Source: the human T2T-CHM13v2.0 reference genome, Homo sapiens
Direction: 5' to 3' (one strand)
DNA: 64,000 bases
Assembly (NCBI RefSeq): GCF_009914755.1
Contig: NC_060928.1
In this document: piece after piece, positions 54,746 through 64,000 of the stretch
Numbering within the stretch: position 1 is the stretch's first letter
Layout of the letters: every line of letters starts with the position of its first letter
The notes under the pieces: generated by a model
What the model was told of the DNA's origin: nothing
Database searches by the model: none
What the model saw: the letters and a program-made list of their open reading frames with translations, nothing else
Made by a program: the position numbers and the translations under genes

Positions 54746-55254
54746 GTGGGCTGGTGAGTAGAAGCCTAGGGTGTCTGTTTTTGTTCTAGGCGTCCCCAGA
54801 CAAAAGACAGAGACCCGGAATCCTCTTTCTATAGAGGATAGTCAAGCTGAGAAGAAAATTGGGCGCCCTCCAGATTTCCTCTAGCTTGGTCCTGCTGGTT
54901 CTCCGAGGCCCCGGACTGCAGACCTGACTTTTCCCAGGTACCGCGAGAAAGCCAGGGGAGGGCAGATCTTGCTAGTGGGCTGGATTACTGTCCTGTATTA
55001 GATGTTTCGGTTGGAATCAGCAAAGGGCCTCTTGGACTTCAGGCACACGAGGAAGAGAAATAAATAAAGAGAGAGAGAGAGACAAAGAGACAGAGAGAGA
55101 GAGAGAGCAAATGAATATGAGGGAAAAGTGAAGTGAGAGAAAAGACGGGGCTGATGGCCAGAGACACTCAGGGTTCATTAACTAACTCAGGATGAGCTGC
55201 TGCCGTTGCCCACTGCTTCCTGGGTTGCAAGACAGCCTCTGCCCCCAGCACCTG

Positions 55255-55272
55255 TCCCAACTTTCAGTACCA
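55255..55272 (-). promoter_or_regulatory. Degenerate tRNA-Phe primer-binding site
   Basis: TGGTACTGAAAGTTGGGA matches TGGTGCCGAAACCCGGGA at 13/18, immediately inside U5. Confidence 0.7.
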
Positions 55273-56649
55273 AACGTGAGAGTTCAAGAAAGGGGAAAGA
55301 AACATGAAACACGGCGGGCAGTTAAAGACAGGTTTTATTTAGCTAAAACCTGAGAGGCGCTCCTGGCCGATTTCGGTCAGGAGCCTGCTGTTATTTTTTT
55401 AGGATACACTCCTTTTATTGCCATTGACAATCAATGTAAAAGTACTAAAATTCTATCACATGCCAGCACTCAATTAACAATGAAGTTTCAGCAAACTCTA
55501 TTTGCATTCACATTCTATTTTATATACAGGTTTAAAATTGCGGTTCATTCCTAACACCACATATACAATTGAAACCAGTAAAAGGCAAGGATAGAAGGCA
55601 GAAATCATCTATTTGAATGTAAAAATAAATATTGTTACCTATAGGAAGCCATCCTATTTCTTGCTTGAGGGAATTGAATACGCTGTAATATAATGTAATC
55701 TTTAAAAGCATAATGGCACAGAGACATCTGTGAATAGAGTGCACCAATTCTGACATTGACAAATGGTCCAAGAGTGGATGGAATGTAAATGGAACTGACA
55801 AACTTTCCAATTCCATTGACATTTAGGTACTTTAAAAATCAAAGAGCTCAAATCATTTTAATGCTAGCACTTGCGCAAGACTTTTAAAGCCTGTTATTTT
55901 TAAAAGAAGTCCAAAAACACAACATTGCATTGTATGTTATCATATAAAGTTGCAAGGTAGTCTAATATAAATTCAAACTTATAGAAATCACTCTTCTATG
56001 AGAGAATAGAAATGTTGATTTAGCAAGGAAAATAACAGCCATATCTCCTATTGCACCAAGGAAAAAGTAGCCATCAGCCCAAGAAGTTACTCAAATTTCT
56101 GCAATGATACCTACAAATTTATGTGTAATCATTGTCTTTTTATTTCTATTGTTCCTTTCTCTGTCTCTTCAAGAGGGGTATGCATTTTCCAGGTGCCTGA
56201 TCCCTGACTGCCTTCCCTAGCACCTTGCCAAATACATTATCTAATTAACTATCAGGTCTTGCTCTTCCTCCCTGTCTGTAAAATTAAACTTGTTTTATTT
56301 TTCTTCCCAATGCTTCCTCCTCCTCCAAAAAACAATTTTCCTCACTTCAGAAGTTCTTTTAAATTCTATTCATTCTGTTATACTCTCCAGGTTTTTTTCT
56401 CCTCCCCATTTAAGTGTCAGGCTTATCTTTATTCACAAAGCATTCTTTTAGAATATAGAAACGTCTAAAGATTCTACTAAAGTCTATGAATATTTATAAG
56501 TTTCTGAAGTGCATAGAAAATAAAAACAAATATTTACAATCATTAATAGTCATAGATTACATTTTAATGGGATAAATATATAATTTTTAAATCCTCCAAA
56601 ATAAAAAAGTATGTATTTGTGTGTGTAGCAATAAAAGTAATTGTACTTG

Positions 56650-57030
56650 CCACATAAAAATGTATTTTTAATGAGGAGAGAAATTGCAGGTTTGAATAAA
56701 TAGGAAAGATATATTTCTGGAAGGGGAAGGTAAGGTTATGACGATGTCAGTTCTTCATAATTGAATTTGCAGCTTTAATATACATAAAATTAATATTCCA
56801 ACAAATCTTTAAAAAAATTTGTCAAGAAACTTTCAAATGTTTATATTCAATCAGAAAATAACTGAGAGTACAAAAGGAAGTTTAGAAATATATTGGAGGG
56901 AAAGAGCCCTACTGCACATTACAAATTTGTAATTATATTTTAGAGTTAAAAGAATCAAACAATGTGATAATCAGAGAAGGCTAAATTGATCAATACACTA
57001 GAATTGCAAAACCAGAAATATATTTTAAGA
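56650..57030 (+). mobile_element. Ancient L1M ORF2 fragment
   Basis: GATGTCAGTTCTTC...AATATTCCAACA...AAATTGATCAAT...CCAGAAATA resemble L1 ORF2; strongly decayed. Confidence 0.45.
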
Positions 57031-57794
57031 AAAACAAGCCTTTGGTTTACTACATATTATTTATCCTGATAAAGTTATGGATCAATTAATTATCAGAGAT
57101 TCAAGTCTTGGAGGGCTTAATTCTCAAACATATATACTCGCAGCAAAGAATATCTCACCAGCTTCCCTAAGCTATCTATTTTGATGTCCATAAGGCATCT
57201 CAGAATCAACATGTAAAAATTTATTTTCTCTCCCCACAAAAGTAGCTTTTTCTCTGATGTTTCCTATCAAAGAGAATACCACTATAATTTTTCAAGTTTG
57301 CAAAACTAGAAAATATTTTGATGTTTGACCAATATAGTTTTTCCATGTAAATTTATTTTCTTCTAACAATATTTTTATGAATCTACCAGTGAAAATTCTA
57401 CATATGTAATCAAATTCAAAGGATGAGTTGATCAAAATATTTTTTTGACTGACAGTAGAAATAATGTTTTCTGATTATACTTAAAGATGTTTATGACACT
57501 ATCAGCTGCAGACAACTTAGTAGATCTGAAACTATCCACAGAAATTTATAAAGATGCTAAGAAATTTTCCAGGGAAATTTCGCCTGTTAATATTAGAGTT
57601 GATAGTATCCAACAACTCTTTTCCTTTTTGAAAAATTTTCTTCAATAAATGATTGCATTCAACCTACTTTATAAAGCCTTGCTTCAAGAAATGTAGTTCA
57701 TGCAAAAAGAGACATTAACATCTTTGTGAACAGTTTTGTCTATGTACGTGTTTATTTTATCTTCTCCGAGAAGATTGGAAGGTAAAGATATTTC

Positions 57795-58032
57795 TTTTTT
57801 TTTTTTTGATACTTTAGGTTTTAGGGTACATGTGCACAACGTGCAGGTTTGTTACATATGTATACATGTGCCATGTTGATGTGCTGCACCCATTAACTCG
57901 TCATTTAACATTAGGTATATCTGCCAATGCTATCCCTCCCCCCTCCCCCCACCCCACAACAGGCCCCAGTGTGTGATGTTCCCCTTCCTGTGTCCATGTG
58001 GGAGTTGAACAATGAGAACACATGGACACAGG
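57795..58032 (-). mobile_element. Short L1PA 3'UTR insertion with a tiny 5' inversion
   Basis: Poly(T) plus TTTTAGGGTACATGTGCACAACGTGCAGG; 57998-58032 is L1 in the opposite orientation; TSD GGTAAA(G/T)ATATTTC. Confidence 0.92.
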
Positions 58033-59590
58033 TAAATATATTTCAGTATCACCACTGCATCTGTCACAAAGATCATAGACCCAGCTTTTTAGAAATATTT
58101 GGTTTTGAAAGAAAAAAATATTAAAAATATTGAATGCCAATTATATGTTAGACCCTGATATATTTTTGTCATCTAAACTTCTAAATAACTCTACAAATAA
58201 ACGTTATTTTTGTCATAGCTACATAAGATAAAATAAGTTATTCAGTATAAGTTGGCTAGACTCTGAATTAAACTATTAGCTTAAGTTTAAAGATTATTTT
58301 GTTTTATTACAACTATATTTCTATTTTGTAACATGAGAAAGGAAAATAAAATGTATCACTTTGCTATGCTGTCAATAGTGATATTAAAATATAACCAACA
58401 TTAAATATCTGTCATTCTTCAAACATGCATATTATTATATAAGGAAAGAATTTTCCACCAAAATTTTAACCCAAGAAATAAGAATATATAGTGCATATAA
58501 AGAATGTAAATTAGATGATTTCCATTGTGGTAAATATTGATTACTTAAATTTACAGTTAAGATGTTCAAAGTTAAACCGTGCTAGAAATCTCAGCAGTCA
58601 ATATCCTAGGTGATACATTTCTATGACTGTATTAAACAATATTGTGAATTAATCATGAATATAATAAAATGGTATTATTAAATTGTTACATGTTTGGTAT
58701 AGTAGAACTTGGCAAGCTTTAATTTGATCAGAGATATATCTTGAGAAGATTAAAGTAACATGAAAGTTTTGTTATAGAATGGTAGCTATTTGGCTACCCT
58801 GAAATGACTACAGTTTTAGGAAGAGAGATAGTTCAGAAATTAGGTCAGTAATGTTTTATGAGATTTTTTTTTCCTCACAAAAGTAATTGGAAAGAGAATG
58901 AATGTAAATTAAATTTATAGTAAAAAGCCAAGGAGAGTTGGGAGTAGAGGAAGAAACTTACTAAGTACTTAGTTTATCTCAACAATATTGGCATTTTAAA
59001 ATCTATTCTGTCATTTGATATAACAAAGAATGATAGATTGATATTTGGAGATATAAAATACAAAGAATCTCCGAATCAGCAACTCCATTTGGGTTTTTAT
59101 TTTTCCGCAACTCTTCCCTTCCTCTTGCTCTAAATAAAACTAGGGTCTTAATTGCTATTCCCACAGCCTTTGCATATTAAAATCATTTCTCTTCCACACC
59201 TGATGTATTTCCAGGACCTGTAAATGTGTAGGGATCTTATTTGTTCCATGCTGCTCTTTCCATCAAATGTCTTCTTTCCCTTTTTTTAAATCTTGAGCAT
59301 TTTTAAGGTGTATGTAATTAGGTATCATACACTGTTAACCTCAAGTTGATGTCTCCCAAAGATCTACAAGTTGTGCTCCTTCATTCTCTTATGATTTTAA
59401 TACTTGAATCAGTGTTGTCTTCTTTACTCTTTCTGTTGTCTTGTAGAGTTCAAGATACAGTAGATGATTCCTTCACTGTTTTGTCTTCTCACATTTTTGA
59501 CCATGCTACATTTGAAGATAATTTCTTTCTTTCCACTTTATCCACTTAAACACAGATTTATGATTTATAATCCATATATGTCATAACTAA

Positions 59591-59910
<320 letters not shown>

Positions 59911-59959
59911 TATAATTTTTGTATTGTGTTTCTGCTCTCTGTTCTTGGCCTCCTTTAAT

Positions 59960-60390
59960 TCTGTCTTATTACATATGATACAGTGGTTCACCAATTAACA
60001 CAATATATGTCCCCCGTTGTTATTGCCTTTTTAAATTTCTCTATGAACTGTTTTGTAATTTTTAGTGTGTGGTTTTTTACATAGTTTTTAGGTTTATGTT
60101 AAAGTGTTCAATAGTTTTGATGATATTATAAACAAAATTATATTAATTTCTATTTCTATTCATTTTTATTAGTATATAGGAATAATATTAATTTTGGTAT
60201 ATTTGTCTTAATTCTGCGGCCTTGTAATTTCAATTTTCAATTCTATAGCTTTTTGTAGATTCAATCAAATTTTCTACATAGCAAATCATTTCTGAAAATA
60301 GTTTTACTTCTACCTGTCCAATTAGTAACAATTATTTTACTTCCTTGCTTTATTGCATTGGCTAAAACATGGTGTGCAATATGCTATCAT
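59960..60390 (-). mobile_element. Ancient L1M fragment
   Basis: TTTTTGTAGATTC..TTTCTACATAG..AATAGTTTTACTTC..TTATTGCATTGGCTA. Confidence 0.55.
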
Positions 60391-60399
60391 CTCTGGCCT

Positions 60400-61140
60400 T
60401 CTACTGCCCACAACCACAGCATCATGGCAAATCTTTCTAAAACATAAATCATATTATATGGCTTCTACATGCTGCATACTCCAATGTCTTTCAGTTATAC
60501 TTAAATAAGTATCTAATCTTCCTAAGGCCCAGAGACTATATGATGTGGTTCTTAGCTATATCTCCAACCCCTTCTATTACCTCTGTCTACCTGTTTACTG
60601 TTTTCTACACATCTGATCTCTTTACTATTGATGAAACCTACCAAACATACTCTAGCTACAGGAAATTTTGCTTGCTGGCTTCAATATCTGTCATTTCCAC
60701 TCTCAGGGCCCCACTTTATTCAGGTAGAATTTTTGTTCTTCTTGATAAAAGTGAAATAATTTCTAAATTTTCCTGTAAACTTTTAAAGCCCGTATGTCAC
60801 CTCCATGGAAAACTGTTTTATTGTAAATCACCCAAAAACTCAATTAACGTTATATTATATACCTCATTTTTCCTTGCCCTGCTTCTCTGAGAAGCCAGAG
60901 TTTCTTCTGTAGCCAATCTCTATTCTATTAATGTGTTCTAATTTCTTTATAAAATGTATGAGAAATATCTTATTTAAGCATTTGCTTTTGTGATTCTTAT
61001 CACATGTACCACTGATGTTCCATTTCTAGAATATAATCTGTTTAAAGGCAAGAATTTAATCAATTTGATTCACTTCTATATCACGAGTCTATAACTTGCC
61101 TGAAACGTATTAGACACTCAATATTTGTTGAATAATCAAC
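60400..61140 (+). mobile_element. L2 3' fragment
   Basis: CTAGAATATAATCTGTTTAAAGGCAAGAA...TAGACACTCAATATTTGTTGAAT resembles the L2 3' end. Confidence 0.6.
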
Positions 61141-63269
61141 AAATGCCATTCAAACCTTTAATTGAATGGCCTATATCAGCAGTACAATGTTATTAAATAT
61201 AAGATTGTATATAATATCCTCAACAAAGACTGGAATCAATTATAACACAACATATTTTTTAAACTCTAAAATTATAGTATTTTAAAAAGATATTTAAAAA
61301 AAATCCCAAGACACTTAATTGTTTCCAACTTTGTGTTTGAAAGAAAATCTAGATACAAAAACTGATGGCCTAAGTGAAAAAGGATTTTCATAAGTTTCAT
61401 TAATGCGTAATTAGCACTTCGTATTAATGAAAAGGCAGATTTAAAGGAGAATAAGAAAATATAATGAGGTCAAGAAAAACACAAAGCGCACATTATGATG
61501 ATAGAAAAATAGAGTAGTAAGGAAGCATAGATGCTAAAAGAGTTGGAGCAGAGAGCACACTTAAAAAATTAAAACTGAACAAACAAAAATGTTTGAAAAT
61601 AGATTATACTTCCTTCCTCTTCCAACACTGGTGCACATTTGTGTTTGTTGTGATATGACAATATCTATGGGATGTTAAATGATCATGTTTGTTTCCTAAA
61701 ATATGGTTTCTATTGTGAAAATTTATACTAATGTAATTTTTTTCTCTCCCCATGTCAAAGAATAAAGAATAGCAAGTGTCACACAATGTCAAAAAATGTT
61801 CTATAACCCCAAATAGGAATAAGTGATAGTCGTGGCAAATCTCCGGTAGAATTTCATCAATAATTCATTCTCAACACACTTCTGGGTGCTGCAGCAGTTT
61901 TTAATAGGCTCTCTAGTGCATACTCTGTAGTGTGTTTTGGACTAAACCATTGACACAGAGGAATAATGCTGAGGGGGAAACCAGCACAACTCAGCCCTTG
62001 GTGAGTAATTCAAAAAAATGAGTGAATCATTTTTCTTCCTAGGAGTTTTGTTTATCCTGTCTCAAACTTTTATCATCATAAGTAAGGTTTGCATTTTCTT
62101 CAGAAGAGTCTTATTCTGACAAATACTCATTGAAAGGTTATAAGAAAGCAGGGGGAGGATGTCATAATTTTATAGAGGAAAAAAATGCAATGAAAATGAC
62201 TTATGTTCCTTCAGCAGATATCTGATCCCTGAGAGTATCATTCAAACCATTTGATCCTGCTGAAAACCTATGGCCTTCATAAATCTTTCCTGTTATAAGG
62301 AACAACTTCACTTATTCTACCATGCTTAACAGAGTTGTTAAATCACTTCTCATCACGTCTTATCCCTAAGAGAGAGAATTATGTTATTTTAGTGCATTTT
62401 ATATGTGCTTTTATTGTTTTGTAGGTTAAGTTACAGTAATTTTTGTTTCTGCTCTCTAGCCCACGGCCCTTGATTTTTTTTTATTTTGTACTTTCCTTGG
62501 GTTCCATATTGTTCTGTTTTTAAATATTGACATTTGACTCTATAATTTAATATCCTGAAAGACAGCCAAATCCCATAAACTATTGGGAACTATTAAAGAT
62601 TTATAAGCCAAATTTAGAATAAGGATAATGACAATGTGAAAAAATAAAAGGGAAGAAAGTAAATATAGGAAACAGAGGTAGAGAAAATGTAATTTGCTAT
62701 TTAGAATATCGAATAGAACATTCAGAGAAATTAACAAGAAAAGAAGACAAATAAATAAAAAAAACAAGGAGAGAAAGGATAGGGAGAAAAGGCATATGAT
62801 GTAAAGTTACTTGAGTTTTGAGTTAAGAATAAAATAAATTCTCAAGTAATTGGTATAATGTAATGCAAAGTTTATGGAAAATTGAGACATTATTTTTTTT
62901 TCTCAAGAAGGATGCAACTTCTGCTTTTTAATTTATTTGAGAAAAAAGCGATAGTAAAAACAAAACAGTGGTAAGAAAGCAATTGTCAGTTTTCTGGGGA
63001 ATGTTGACTATATCAGGTTCAATAGTTTTCAGAGAACTTTTCAATCAACTAATAAAATGGTATGAGTCTTTACAGGAAAGTGGGTAAGAATAACTACACA
63101 TTCACTTATTTATTCATTTATATACTCAATGAACATATTTGTTTATTAGACGTTATATAAAGTATGAGGATATAAGGATCAATATATCCCCAAGCAAATA
63201 AGTGATTATTGTACATCAAATCTGGGAGAAAACCATATTGATTAAAAGAGAGGTGATTATGGATATATT

Positions 63270-63960
63270 TTGAAGTTATAGCCAACACATTCTGATGAAT
63301 TGGATGTGGGACATGTGTGAATCAAGTCATGGGTAATATTCAGAATTTTGGTGTAACAATAAGACAGATAGAGGTGCCCTCAATTAAAATCAGGAAATAT
63401 GTTTTTAACATGGTGAGATATTTATTTAGATATTTAATTTCATAAGATATGTTGATTAGGCAGTAAGACATAGATTAAATTTGGGAAAAGATGTAATCTG
63501 GAGAGAGAAATTTGTGGATCTTTCATATAGAGAAAGTATTCAAATCTATGAAAATAGATGAGATTACTAAGGAAATAAAGGCATAGACAAGAAAACTAAG
63601 TACTAATCCTTGTGGCACTCCAAAATTAAGAGGTTGAAGATAAAAGAAGAAGTGAGTACAGTAAGCTGAAGAGGAGAAGCCAGTATGACCAAAAAACAAA
63701 GAATCCCAGAAGAGCACTTTCTCCTTGAAGCCTGGTGAAGCAATTTTATAAAGCAAGCAGGAGTGATAAATTTAAAGTGTTGAATGCCAATTTGTTAAAT
63801 GAGATGAAGATTGAAAATAAATATCCTCAAGAGATGCACATTAAGGTACAAAGAATAGTGAAATAATGGTAGTATAATATATTGATGATTCTAACAGATT
63901 TTTGGAACTGATGTACCAAAGATTAAGTTAGACATTTTGAGGAAAGTGATTAGGAAGTAG
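63270..63960 (-). mobile_element. L2 fragment
   Basis: CTGATGAATTGGATGTGGG, GATGAGATTACTAAGG, GAGATGAAGATTGAAAA are L2-like motifs. Confidence 0.5.
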
Positions 63961-64000
63961 GATAGATAAACCTAACAGTAAGGACATCAGCAGTGGTGGG

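Larger units (their letters stand above)
48921..55384 (-). mobile_element. HERV-F-group element (LTR19/HERVFH19-like) with R-U5 ... U3-R-tail structure
   Basis: U3 start TGACAGAGCAGGAGCATCACCACCTTGGACAAGCCCC at 49376; 68-nt R at 48956-49023 and 55317-55384; U5 only at 55275-55316; (GTTT)n tail at 48921-48955. Confidence 0.88.

Overview
AT-rich primate (probably human) intergenic or deep-intronic DNA. I found no host gene exons, tRNAs, rRNAs or CRISPR arrays. Most of the window is transposon-derived: Alus, L1/L2/MIR fragments, MaLR elements (THE1/MST/MLT1), DNA transposons (MER1A, Tigger2a), a heavily nested minus-strand class I provirus (~19.7-29.3 kb) and a HERV-F/LTR19 element (48.9-55.4 kb). 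The standout is a ~760-bp mosaic inside L1 ORF2 (37087-37844). It joins a copy of nearby DNA, a CAMSAP1 exon 2-3 cDNA that looks like one full turn of the 425-nt circRNA with back-splice-junction sequence at both ends, a probable ZNF483 5' fragment and a fold-back hairpin. It has no poly(A) or TSD, and several joints show microhomology. The HERV-F element has the R-U5...U3-R-poly(A) structure of an L1-retroposed viral RNA rather than a provirus. Repeat subfamily names and gene identities come from recalled consensus/protein sequences and need database confirmation.
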